DNA of 51,878 nucleotides from Trichinella spiralis (Eukaryota): NCBI RefSeq assembly GCF_000181795.1, contig NW_003526946.1, positions 485,668 to 537,545 of the forward strand, read 5' to 3'. Shown piece by piece: positions 1 to 12,430 of this stretch (position 1 is its first letter; each line of letters starts with the position of its first letter). The notes under the pieces were generated by a model. It saw only the letters and a program-made list of their open reading frames with translations, ran no database searches and was not told where the DNA came from. The position numbers and the translations under genes were made by a program.

Positions 1-20
1 ATATACAAGGTTTATCCCAA

Positions 21-1988
21 TTGATTGAATTTAACCGTTTTGTATGGAACAGTCAGCCGCATGAGGATATACTGTTTTGTGAACCAATTATTCAGGGTAC
101 TAGTGAGGAAATATTTGAAACTCTTGACGCTTATGTAAAATCGAAGGAGCTGGACTGCGGGAACTGTGTTGGTATATGTACGGATGGTGCACGGGCAATG
201 TGTGGTAAGAACAGTGGTGTTGTGACACGCGTTCTTAACCCTTTGATGGATTGTTGGGGTAGAGCCCACCCCAGGGGGTTTTCTTTTCGTCGCATTCTGT
301 CAATTTTCATTTTTATAGTCTAAAGCTTTGTGACATCTCTTTTGAAACAATAAGACATATTTTGAAAGAAATTTCAATGTTCCAGGATTTTTTGTTCGGT
401 CTACAGAACATCGTAAACTTAAAAGGTACGTTGTTGGATTGTTGGGGTAGACCCCACCCCACTTTAGAAAAACACGTCTAAAAAGCTGGGAGTATGTTCA
501 ATTTTTATGAAATTTATTTTATTGGCTAGTTCAAAGAATTCTGTACATGATGGTATTAAAATATTTCCAATTTTAATAATTTTTTAGCATTTTATTGGCA
601 AAAAATGCGACAAAATTTTGGTTAAAAAATCGTCTTTTTTCAGTTTTTTTCTTCGCGTGTACTTAATTTTGTGAAATTCGTGAAACAAATTACATTATTG
701 AATAGAGCACGTTATTCTGCACATTTTGATACCAAACTCAGGTCTATAGTCTTTTTTTTTTGGTTCCGTAAAGACTTCGTTCATCTAAGCCCTTTCTATA
801 CTTTTAACATAAACATATGGAAAAGTGTTAAGCAGGAAATTGATATTCCACATTTTTTTGATTTTAGTTTCTATAATTTATTTATTTTTATGTGTTTTGA
901 TTAAAATTTCATTATTTGAAATAAATTTTAGGTCTCTTCTAGCTGAAAAATTCAACAAAATTGACGTGGTGTTGATCTTCCATTATTGGGAAGTGGTAGG
1001 ATTTAAAGCCGATTTAAATAATCGGTGCGATTTAAAAAATGTTTTAAACACTGCCGTGAAGGTTCAACTTCATTAAGAGTAAACCGTTACAGTCTCGCTT
1101 ATTTGAAAAACTGTGCGAAGAGATGGGAAGCTGCCACAAATCTCTTCTTTTCTATTCTGAAGTGCGTTGGCTGTCAAGGGATAAAGTGCTAACAAGACTT
1201 GTTGAACTCCGCGAAGAAGTTGCAATATTTCTGAAAGGACAAAGTGATTACTCGAAAGTATTGCGGGATGAGAAATTCGTTCTTAAGCTCACTTATTTGG
1301 CAGACACATTTTCGAAATTAAATAAACTAAATTTATATCTACAAGGGATGGACGCAGCTGACATATTTTCAGTACATAAGATAAGATTCAGGGTTTTATG
1401 AAGAAACTTTATTTATGGAAAAAAATGTTAAAGGCGGAAATTATTGTCGTTTCGAGACATTGGCAACTTTCATCGTCGAAAAAGAAGCAACGATAGATGA
1501 GGACTTAATCTCTATGATAGTTGTACATCTAGATTCATTGAAAGAAAGTTTTGATTATTACTTCAGTGAAGAAATGAAATTCTGTGATAAAAACACCTGG
1601 ATTGTGAATCCGTTTCAGAGTGATGTTGTTTCTACTGGCATATCCACGAAGGCAGACGAAGAATTAATCGATTTGTCTGAAGATTATTCGTTTAAAATGA
1701 GTTTTGATCGTAAGAGATTAATACAGTTTTGGGCTATCAGTAGAAAACACATATCCAACTCTTTCCACCGCAGCATTAAAAGTGCTGCTTCCTTTTACTA
1801 CTTCGTACATGTGCGAAATTGGATTTTCAGCAATGATTGGAATTAAAACCAAGTTACGAAATAAGCTACAAATATCCAATAACTTGCGTCTAAAACTAAC
1901 ACATATTAGTGTGGACGTCGAAGAAGTCATCAGTCAAAACGGAAAACATGCTAATTGTTCGCATACACCGCATTATGCATCTCATTAA
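21..1988 (+). pseudogene. hAT transposase pseudogene (ZBED5/ZBED8/SCAND3-like), frameshifted and interrupted
   Basis: Homology is spread over several frames (ORFs 21-323, 825-1076, 1123-1401, 1415-1846, 1782-1988). The CxxH segment is missing where an unrelated AT-rich insert sits. Confidence 0.85.
235..1025. mobile_element. Insertion within the transposase with a piggyBac-like terminus (TTAA|CCCTTT...) and a subterminal direct repeat
   Basis: Transposase homology stops at TTAA (235-238), followed by CCCTTTGATGGATTGTTGGGGTAGAGCCCACCCC. TGGATTGTTGGGGTAGA-CCCCACCCC recurs at ~435-460. Homology resumes at ~1028. No matching opposite TIR was seen, so the end coordinate is approximate. Confidence 0.5.
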
Positions 1989-2162
1989 TAAACATATACA
2001 TTATAATTAGATGTATTCATTAAAAAATTGAAAAGTATAAAACTTATATGTTTTACTGAAATATATCCTTGCCTTTTAAGAAATGCATTGCAAGCCGGTG
2101 GGTCGTGAAAACTTATCGTAGTCCAAAGTGGGTCGCAGCCCAGAAAAGTTTGAGAACCACTG

Positions 2163-5100
2163 TGTTATATGAATAAAATGTGAATAATATTCTTACGACA
2201 TTTCAATCCACGACGAGGCATGCCCAGCAAGCTGCAAGTTAGAGGCGGAAACAAGGTGATGGAAACCAGTAGACTTGACGAGAGGAGCAACACTTTGCAA
2301 AAGTGCTACTTAGATATTACTTTTTTTGTGCTTAAAAAATCCCGATGCATTATTTAAATTTGCTTCATTTTATTATTTCCCTTGAAATGTAGCATTTTAT
2401 ATTTTAAGCATATGTCAACAGCAAATATTGCATTTCATGAGGAGAGAAAACTTCGAACATGCGCATCAGTTTGTCCTGATCGTATTCATCATTAATAAAA
2501 GAATTTCTTATTCAATGTAAATGCTGCTGTGCAATGTAAACAAAAGTTGCAAATATCAAGGGAAGATATTGATATCATTTGCAAAATTTTTTGATATCAG
2601 ATTTGGAAAAAAATTAATATATTTTAAAATCAAATATTTTTAAAAAAGATTGCTGAAAACAATGTGGCATGTTTGCTTTGTAGACATGCTTATCTTTTGT
2701 TCAAATTATGCACTATAATAAAAAAGATGAAATAAAAAGGAAAAAAATTTAATAAAAATATTTGTGTTCGAATCTGAATGATCATGACGAAATGAGGAGA
2801 AAGGACGACTGATCTTTGTTCCGCATGGACTGAATCAAGCCACTTAAAAAGAAATTCAGCTAACAAGACGTTTGCAAGGATCAAATGATTCATCACTTTG
2901 GACTTCATGTGTACTCTATGGGCAGGTGAAGGTGGCAGAGGACAATGGCTGGAAAATTTCATTTTCCGCACATTTAGGCATTTCCAGTCACACTGTTCAA
3001 TTTTTGCAATGGAATGAAGCCAGCTTTTAATGCTTGATGTTGTAATCACTGTGTGGCACTAAGCCGATACAACTGAGTGGAATGTACTGGCTGACTACGA
3101 TTCAATAAAATATTTACGGGTTTATTATCATGAACACACCTATAAGCAACATAGTCGATGAATATGAATATGAAATGAGATTGGGCAAGTAAAGATGCTG
3201 AGAAAATAAAAATCCCAAAATATTTTCATCATAATTGAATTATCAAGTGCACAGATTTTCGTTGTATTCATGACTAATTCAAATAAAAAATGTTTTTTCA
3301 TTATACATGGAGAATTATTGGAAAAATGTAGTAAAAGCAAAATGAATTATAAACTAAACTCATTATGTACAGCTGTATAAATAAATGCATTTATGAATTA
3401 TATGTTTTATCTTTTTTTTCACTTAATGCAACATATACGGATCAACTTTTTTTTTATTTTTTGGAAGAACTTGTTGACTTTTCTTTAAAATAATTTTTTT
3501 GATATTTTGAGAACTCTTACAGTGTAATTAAATAGGTTTATGTGATGATAATAATAATAATGTGGAAATAAATGAATAATTTAAAAAATTTAATGTGGAA
3601 AATGAGAATTATGGTGTTGTGTTTGTCAGTGTTGGAGAAGATCAGAACAAACCGTGTTGAACAGCTGAACCGGCGGAGAAAGAGCTCACAGAGGCAGTGA
3701 AGAAAGCAATAACAACACCCATATCAGCTTGAATTGAAGAAAGTAAACAGTTGAAGCGAATAATTTGTATAAATTCACCGCTAATCAAGGAAGTCAATCA
3801 ATCAATTATTGCAACGGTTTCTTTCGCTTCTGCACAATCAGTGTAAGTTTTCTCAAATTATTAATTAATCAATCGATTAAAAATTATAATCACACTAATC
3901 ATAATTTTGTCGTTTGCATGTGTATATATCATCATTTCCGATGCTTTCATCAATTATTTGCTTATTCGTAATGCTATTTCTGCTTTGCTCAGTTTCTAAT
4001 TGTTCAAATAACTACTGTAGCATAAAACACTTCATCTGGACAAAACTTTTGTCTGTCCTTTTACAATTTACTAATTATAATAATAATTATTAGTCATATT
4101 GTATAAATAATTAATTACTTGAAATAACAAGAAGACATTTTTTCAGTCACTTATTTATTATTTGTATATTATTTTGTAATTATTTAAAAAAAATAATAAA
4201 ATTTCAATCAACTAAACTGATTAATTGTTCAAAATCGATACTTTTCCCTTCAGTAGCAGCAAGTGAAGTTTTTGTTGAATTTTCATCTTGTAAAAAAAGA
4301 AGCCTTTAAACTGGAAAAATTGTGTAAAAATATTTCATCAATATTTAATCAAGGTTTTTTTATGGTGTAAATTAACAAAATAAAAAAAACAACTCAAGGG
4401 AAAAAATTAATATTGAAAAAATGATATTTTACATATTGTTAGATGTTTTTAATATTTACAGAAGAATATTGATTTAAAAAATGAAAATCTATATATATTT
4501 TTTCAAGATGATGATAAAATGTTTATATATATAAATAATGGTGATATAAAGCAGTATTAGTCAGTCAGTCAGTCATTAGTGGTAGCTGTAGCAGCAGGAT
4601 GTGTTATGAGTTAAGGGTTTGAAGTGAATTGCCGGAAAACAGCCATCACGTAAGTTTGATGAATAAGTTAAATTTAAAAAATTTCATATTCTTTTCTTTT
4701 ATAAATAATATTGTTAATATTAAAAAGTTGACAATTGATAACTTGTTATTGAAAATGACAATAACAGTGTCGAAATATTAATTTAAAAAAACTGAAGAAA
4801 CTCAGTTAAAAGAAAGCGATTGTTCAAATTCTACAGTAATAATAAAAAATTAATAATCGACCAGCTTTACATCTAGAAAAGCTATAGGAAAAGTTTGAAG
4901 AATACGATATAGGATGGAAGATGTAACTAGCAAAGGATGATGCATTGTGGTGTTATGATAAATATAAATATAGTTGGTGGAATTATTATTCGTGTTCAAA
5001 ATGCAGATACTGTTGATTCAGAAAGATGAATATATAAGTAAATATTGCGATCGACAAATGAGACAAAGCGTCGTTGTTCTGAACAAAGCGAGCATGTTTA

Positions 5101-7079
5101 TCACATGATGAGCTCATTAAAAATTGTTCAACAGTAATGAATGCATGATGATGATGATGATGAGATTTCGGTTTGCGTTCAAATAGTATACAGTATACAA
5201 CAATACCAGCCAACCAAGCAACAAGCGACACACAAACAACCATACACACACACACACACACACACATACAAGCATCATCAGCCAGCAAACAGTTTCCACA
5301 AAAACACTGTTTGTGCAATACGAATAATTTGGAATTTTATTCTTTATTCGAATTTTTTAAAATCTTAATTTAATTTTGCATTGAAATATTTTTTTAATTT
5401 TTTGATTAAAAAAGTTGTGTTTATTTTCAGCTTATAAAGAAAAAACAGATCCGATCGAGGCGAACTTTTCGAACAATGCAATTTATTTCAATGCTTTGTT
5501 CGTTTTGATCGTCTCGAACGTACTGTATTCTCTTCATCTTCATCCTCATCACCTTCCTCTTCCCTACATGCTTTACTACACCGGCAAAGCCCCTCCGCCG
5601 CCACTACTACCACCAATTAGCTACAAAAATCCCTATTTGTTGTGCAATTAATCAACTTGGTAAACAATTTATATTTATTCTATGAAACTAAAAGCTACCA
5701 CGTCTACTTTGAATACAATTAACTTTCAACAAGTACCATGGGTAACTTTTTTATTATTAATAACATACATTGAAGTTCAAGGGAAAAATTCAAATTGGTT
5801 TTTCTGTAAATTTCGCTAAACAATATGATTGATATTGATTAAAAATCAACCATAAAATTTACCTGCAAGTTTTGTAATAGAACAAACTTACTTTCAAAAA
5901 TCAAACGTAAATTGTTCTTCATTTTTCTCATAAATTCCTCATCCCAATTTGCAATCAATGAATAAAACTTGCACAATTTCATATGTAATGCTTGTTTTTC
6001 TTCTATTTGCAAAATTATCCACCCGTCAAAGCAGACGAAGACTGATCTTCAGCAGGAGATAAAATTTTATTCATCAGTTAATAAATAATATGGTATATAG
6101 CAGCAGTATTATTAACAGAAAATACAACTGAACTGAATAAAATGAAAGAACAAGAGATGTGACATTCACAAAAGTGAACTGAACAAAATAAAATTTTTTA
6201 AAAGATAAACACACAATTCATTATTATACACATTAGTATTTTTGACAACAACTGCTGGAAACAACAGAAAAGTTAATCAGAGAAATTTTCTTCTTTCTCT
6301 TCTCCTTGTGTAAAAAAAGTGCAAAAAATTAAAATTCACACTCACTACTCGTAAATAAAAATCCCTAGATTATATTTTGAATGACAAGAAAAAATGTGAT
6401 AAAATGATTTTGGAAAAAAAAATTTTTTTTTCTACAAATCTACAGATGATGCATCTTGCTGTCGTGTTAGTACATCATAGTGGTGTGCTAACTGATGATA
6501 GTAGTAGAAGTGTATGTATTCTGATGAAGTTTCATATAAATATAATTTTGGCAATTTCCAAATAAAATTGCTTAAGAAAAAAAAACTGCAGACATAAATG
6601 TACATATGCATACTGACTGAATGATATATGTAGTAACAATGTTCGAGAGATTCCAAGAAATTTTGCAACGTTCAAAAGAGAAAAACAACATATGCCCTCC
6701 TCCTCTCCTCTTCCTCCTACTTCTTGCTGACTTTAGAAAATTTGCCAAAGAATTCACAATTACAATTTTTATTCCATTTCACATTCTTCTTCACATTTCC
6801 ATATCTTCGCTTCGTTCCACTGACGAAGAAACTTCTGCCGTTTGAACGTTGCTTACAGATCCAGTCACTGAAAAATGAATCATTTCACACTCAACAACTG
6901 CAAATTTTCATCATGTGATCGTTTAAATCAAATAAATAGAAGAATAAACTTAAATTTAAATAAAAAAACACCAACCTTCTGGCCTGAGAACGATGAACAA
7001 CAATATATCAGACAAGGAAACCACACCCTGAACTCGACCGTCGTTGTCTACTGCAACCACGCGATGCACTTCCAACGTA
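2163..7079 (+). repeat. Copy 1 of a ~4.9-kb near-identical duplication (copy 2 = 21802-~26730); probably an uncollapsed haplotype
   Basis: Colinear match from TGTTATATGAATAAAATGTG to GCGATGCACTTC. It ends at an assembly gap. The ORF track is duplicated (e.g. 2690-3049 vs 22328-22687; 5415-5651 vs 25071-25307). Confidence 0.95.
6791..7072 (-). CDS. Duplicate 3' end of the AMPK gamma gene (partial CBS4 exon ~7072-6976 and last exon 6867-6791), truncated by the gap
   Basis: [32 protein letters not shown] / [25 protein letters not shown], the same as in 26448-26730. Confidence 0.8.
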
Positions 7080-7089
7080 NNNNNNNNNN
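7080..7089. other. Assembly gap (10 N)
   Basis: Run of N. Confidence 1.
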
Positions 7090-7490
7090 ATCCACCACCT
7101 CGTCCACGTCCAGAATCTCCAAAACCGCCACCTCGTCCACGTCCATAATCTCCGAAACCGCCACCTCGTCCACGTCCATAATTTCCGAAACCGCCACCTC
7201 GGCCACTTCCATAATCTCCGAAACCGCCACCTTCGCCATTTCCAGAATATCCGAAACCGCCACCTCGACCACGTCCAGAATCTCCGAAACCACCACCACC
7301 TCGTCCACGTCCAGAATCTCCGAAACCACCACCACCTCGTCCACGTCCAGAACCTCCGAATCCACCACCTCTTCCACGTCCAAAATCTCGGAATCCACCA
7401 CCTCCTCTTCCACGTCCAGAACCTCCGAATCCACCACTTCCTCTTCCACGTCCAGAACCTCCGAATCCACCACCTCCTCTTCCAAACAAA
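7090..7490 (-). repeat. Coding tandem repeat with 30-33 bp units (GFGxxGRGRGGG)
   Basis: About 13 units of the CCACCACCTCGTCCACGTCCAGAATCTCCGAAA type on the + strand. Confidence 0.95.
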
Positions 7491-7973
7491 TCACCATCAT
7501 CATCTTCAAATGAACCTCTTCGTCTATCAGAAGCAAAATTATCCGATCTCCCGTTGGATCGTCCTAAAATGAGTAACATTTTCAAACTGCACTGCATACA
7601 TCTATCACGGCTTCACCTCGTCCTCCGCGACTGTAACCCTGTCCAAAATAGTCACAGCCTCTGCTTCTTCCTCCTCCAAATTCGTCATCGTCAAAACCAC
7701 CATCAAACACGCCTGTTGCTGTTCCTGTAACCAAATCTTTTTCCATGTTTTTTTTTGAACTTCGAAAAGCCAAAAAAAATTACTTTCACTTCCTCCAAAA
7801 CCGCCAAATCCATCATTTGAATTCTCATCTGTTTTGGATCGGCCGAAGCCTCCTCCGAATCCTTGACCAAACTCGGCATCTTCTTCTCCGTCGTCAAAAC
7901 CACTTCGTCTCGGCTGGCTTAAGCCAAACCCAAACTCGCCATCGTCATCAAAGTTACTTTGGAAAGCTGCCAT
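7090..7973 (-). CDS. vasa: Vasa/DDX4-like helicase, N-terminal FG/RGG-repeat half: exons 7973-7784, 7724-7617, 7563-7090 (continues at ~51450)
   Basis: ATG at 7973 (MAAFQSNFDDDGEFGFG...) lies 2 nt after a TTACAG acceptor. GT-AG introns of 59 and 53 nt keep the frame. Exon 3 encodes tandem GFG(D/G/N)(S/Y)GRGRGGG units. 7090-7160 matches 51450-51523. Confidence 0.85.
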
Positions 7974-10900
7974 GACTGTAAGTAAGATTTCTAAAAGGGA
8001 GAAAAAAAGAAAACAAATTAAATAAACCCCACAAGAATAACTGGATGAAAGGAGAGACGCGATGAAAACAAAAATTTTCAAGAGAAAAATTTTTAAATCA
8101 AATATTTCTGATCAACTGTTGTCGGTAACAAACTGAGCAAATGTCCACTGGAACATTTCAAAATCAAAAATTGCCCAACTTCTAACAGAATACAGAAATC
8201 ATGATGACGTCATCACACGTGAAATGAAATTTCAACGATAGCGGAAATTCTGAAACGCTCGAAAGCAACAAATATATGCAAATGAAATTAAAACAATCAT
8301 AACAACGCGACATGTTGAAATTCAAAAAAGCAATAGCAAACGGATCGACACACAGACAGACATACAGTTTGAAAGTGAAAAGGAGAAATTGATTGACAGA
8401 AAAAATAGAAAAAAAAATAGGCATAAATTTGAAAAACACATTCACAAAAGTCGACTGCGAATGACAATCAAGTCGAACAAATAAACCGCCTCGCCACGAC
8501 ACCGGTGACACAAACGTGTCACCGACCAACCAGCGACCACAACGGCACAATGAAAGATTTCCTTCCACACCATCGCCATCAGTAAAAATGGTCAGGTTCA
8601 AAAATATGTCAACTTTGTTCCACTTTTGAAAAGTTTGAAATGAAATTATATCAATTGAAAAAATGATAAAATAAAATGAATAGTAATTCCAGATGAAATA
8701 AAATAATAAAATATTTTTTATACAGCTCAGTGAATTTGTCTAGAAACTTTTTGAAAGGCTACAGTACGTAGAACTTTTTTGCGGATTAAAGATCGTAATG
8801 CGTTATCGTAATTCTTTTTTCGTATTCTTGACGATCAAATCTAATAGAAAAGTAAATTGAATTGAAAACGAACTTTTCATCCAGAAGTTGAACAATACAC
8901 CAATTGTAGAGTTTTTTATTTGACAATGCACATTATTCGTAATTTAAAATTTATTCATAAAAATCATTTTTAACAACAAATTATCATTTCATGAAATCTT
9001 TTAATATTTCTGAGATGCAAATAAAAAGGAAAATAGCAAATATGAAATTGAAATTTGTATTCTCAAGCGTGAAATCGGTATCCATTACCGTTAATAATTT
9101 AAAAAAATAAATGTACATTGAAAATATTTCAGTTTTATTATATAATAATAATATTAATAAGTTGTGAGTTCATTTGTACAAATTGATTATTTTTCATTTT
9201 TACAGCATATTAAAATGTGTGAAAACTTCCGCCAAGACAACAAGTGAATTTTTGTTTCAACTATGAAAAATTGTTTAACATTCCAAACATTATTTCAACA
9301 ATGGAAATTTTAAATTAAATTAAACCAGTTTGTAACAACAATAATAAGAAATAATCAATGTTGTAATCAACAACAGTCTGAAAGTTGTGAGAGGAGAAAA
9401 TCTTTTTGGCAAGTTTCCAAAATTTTGTTTGTCAAATTTACAACGCGCTGTTGTTGCTTTGGGAAAAGAGTTGCCGACATCTATAACAGCTGCTGCCGTT
9501 GTAAATTGGACATAAATAACGCAACGGTGACTTTTAAAGTTTAATCATTTATCAAATTCGACATCAATCATTTGTCCGGTGATTGGAAATTTCAAATTTA
9601 CACAAATTCATCATTCAAACTGTTCAACTTTCGACAATGACCATCCATCAACACGTCCAATTATTCATATTATATATTTTTCTCTTCATGCAAATTTATA
9701 GAAATTTGTTATTGAAAAATTTTTATATTTGAATAATCTGTATGATTGTTGTTGTTGTTGCCGATTTATTTTTATTTATTTAATCAGATTTGTTTGTAAA
9801 TAACTTTTACTTTTACTAAATTTGTCAACACAAATTTATATTCAATTTTCACAAATACTAACCAGCGATGCGCAAAGCTCACCGTTTCCGAGGCCGGATC
9901 AAAATGCAAACAAAAGTTGAAATTGCTTCCTTGTTTCCCCTTCGGCTTTTTCTTCGCTTCCGTCTCGAACTCTCGCTCCTTTCCATCTCGCTTGTTCTAT
10001 TCGGCAGATTTCAGCATTTTTCACATACAGTATCTAAATCCATAAACAATCATGTAATTATAATGATAATTGATAAGTGGAGAAAAAATTGAAAACCAAC
10101 TTTTGTTGATCACTTGAAAAAATCTCAAAATTATAATTTTCAACAGTCGCAAGTTGAAATAAGAGCGATTAAAATTTAAATTCATTCTTCCAAGCTCACA
10201 TTGTTGACTTAAGATAATGTTAACAGTCAAGTGTTGTGAGTCGATACCTTTTACAACATTCCGCTCACAAACTTGGAGAAAAGTACTTTATTTATGCTTA
10301 TAGCATTCGTCATTTTTTTCGATTCTTTTTATTTCAAACAATTTTTTCCATTTTAATAAGAATAAATTATTGTAAGTTTTTTCAAGCTCACATCTCTTCT
10401 ACACTTTGTTCTGCTGGAGACTACTAATCAAATTGGTAGCAGGCACGTTTGTCATTTATCAAATATAAGTGCAAGAAATTTTTATGAATATTTAAATTTT
10501 CTGTAAAAATGTTAAACTTTGACTCTTCCTGTTGTGGTGTTTCAAATTCATTACAGTAGACGTCGTTTTAATATGAATTTTTCAAATCACTCTCATTTTA
10601 CGCATCATGCGGTGCTTTCTCCGTAATTATATCAAATCGCTTCAATTATTCTACCATCATGTATGTTTGAAGCAGTTGTTCAAAGTTACAAAATGAAACT
10701 TTCCGAAAGTTGAAATAATTTTATTATCATATTCACACAAACTTATTGAAAAATAAAACTCAACATGAACATTATTCATAAAAAAACGCACGTTGTAACA
10801 ACTGTAAATTTACATAAAATTTTCCCCCAACAAAGTATATACTTTTTGTAATAAATTTCCATCACAACCATCACAAAAAATGAAACAACTGATATAAAAA

Positions 10901-11935
10901 TGCTTCACAAAATAAACAACAACACTCCCTATCGTTTGAGTGTTTTTCAAAACCGGTGGTGTTTTTTTACTTTCTCAGCAAAACATTATACATGCAAAGC
11001 ATGCATAATGCATGCTACAACTTCTTTTTACCAGTTGACGGCTGATCACATGCACACAATATTGCCTTTGTTATTAAAATTCAAAAAAAATTATCATTAT
11101 CAAATATAAATATACAAAAATAGCTTTGCATAACATATTTTTCTGCTTTGCTAAATTGTTCCAATTGTTCACTGCTATTCTTAACTATTCGAAACTATTG
11201 TAAAATCCGTCAATATCAATTTTACACCATTTGTAACATTTGCATTGCATTTGTTACGAAAAAAACTACGCAAACTATTTTATTTGAAATATTTTCCATT
11301 ATCGACAAAAATGATAGTGAATGTTTTTTCACGCTTAAAACCGAAACACAATGCCTTGCTTCCAAAATACATACTTTACTGAAATATGCAAAGCGATATA
11401 ATTTTTAAAAAAATTTTACAATGTAAAAATCACAACAAATTGATGATCTGATCGTTGTTTCCGAAAATCACATATTTCATTGATATAACAGTTAACAATT
11501 ACTTACATCCACATGTAAGCACAATTCATTTACCGATATGCTAAACGAATATTTCTTTAAAAAGTATAACCAGGCTGTGCTAAATCATTCACATTCATAA
11601 CCGCAACCAAAGAAATAGCGCTTATATTGTTTATTACGTAACCATCGGAAATTATCCATAAGCGCCTTTCAAATGAAAACATTCATTAAAACAATTAAAT
11701 CATTGATTATGAATTATAATAATTACAGCTTTTATCATATTCATATGTTATTTAAGCATATAATGCAACCGTTTAATATCTTTAAACAAAAATTTTTAAA
11801 ATTCGGAAAAAACTTTACATTTAAAATTAGCTTATTTTAAAGCTTCAGATAATACGGATAACCATGTAAAACACCAATTAGTTTCCTTTGCTTGCTTCAA
11901 TCTGACTGCTTGTTGGTTGTTGGATTGCTTGAAAA

Positions 11936-12430
11936 ATGGCCCAAATTTTTCAAAATATTCGCAATGATATTTGGTATGTTATCGGTGATGAAAGCAGATT
12001 TGCTGGAAAACTGTTTGCTAAAATTGAACAAAAAACTGGCAAAAGTCGTTACCAAGCTGCGGTGATCCTAGCAATTGTGATTTGTGTGCTTATGATTGTT
12101 AGCCCTGGTGCAGGATTACTGTGCAATTGCATATGCATTGGTTATCCAGCAATGAAGACATTAATCGAGATACAATCAAGTGAAAACGTCAACTGGATGC
12201 AGTGGATGTTTTATTGGGTAATTTTTGGCATGTTTCGATTTGCTGATTATTTTGCTGAATGCATATCTTTCATTATACCAATATATTGGCCGCTGAAATG
12301 CATTTTTTTCGTTTGGCTTTTCACTCCAAGCTGCCTTGGAGCTGCAGCATTGTATGAAAAGTTTTCCCAACCTCGCTACAGTCATCTTCTATCTGGCGGT
12401 ATAACTGCAGTTCAATGGACTGCTGAATGA
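11936..12430 (+). CDS. TB2/DP1/HVA22 family ER-shaping protein (REEP5/YOP1-like), single exon, 164 aa
   Basis: LLCNCICIGYPAMKTLIEIQS...QWMFYWVIFG...IPIYWPLKCIFFVWLFTPSCLGAAALYEKF matches the REEP/DP1 pattern (GxxYPAY...WLxYW...K..F.xW...P...GA..LY). Confidence 0.9.
   Translation: MAQIFQNIRNDIWYVIGDESRFAGKLFAKIEQKTGKSRYQAAVILAIVICVLMIVSPGAGLLCNCICIGYPAMKTLIEIQSSENVNWMQWMFYWVIFGMFRFADYFAECISFIIPIYWPLKCIFFVWLFTPSCLGAAALYEKFSQPRYSHLLSGGITAVQWTAE

Larger units (their letters stand above)
1..2162 (+). mobile_element. Degenerate hAT (Buster/Charlie-type) DNA transposon, 3' part; left end lies outside the window
   Basis: Transposase fragments: ICTDGARAMCGKNSGVV (21-234), NFIKSKPLQSRLFEKLCEEMGSCHKSLLFYSEVRWLSR (~1067-1180), and the hAT dimerisation region LLPFTTSYMCEIGFSAMIGIKTKLRNKL (1782-1870). 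The right end reads GTTTGAGAACCACTG (reverse complement CAGTGGTTCTCAAAC, a Charlie-type TIR), ending at 2162. It is followed by TGTTATAT, which fits the Buster nnnTAnnn target. Confidence 0.9.

Noticed and set aside
2690..3049. 119-aa ORF open in both duplicate copies (also 22328-22687)
   Set aside because: It has no ATG start and no recognisable motif, and the inter-copy differences are mostly non-synonymous.
4986..5373. ORFs with CV/HT repeats (also 24644-25023 and 30806-31133)
   Set aside because: They are products of (CA)n and (GAT)n microsatellites.
7090..7490. CRISPR-like regularly spaced repeats
   Set aside because: The units are contiguous coding repeats with no unique spacers, in a eukaryotic gene.
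6875..7536. Ser/Thr-rich mucin-like ORF (+) and Glu/Val-rich ORF (-)
   Set aside because: These are alternative frames of the vasa tandem repeat; only the RGG frame splices and joins the helicase.
6956..7597. Apparent RGG-repeat/CBS-domain fusion protein (213 aa)
   Set aside because: It reads through an N gap that joins two unrelated contigs (vasa 5' half and AMPK-gamma duplicate).
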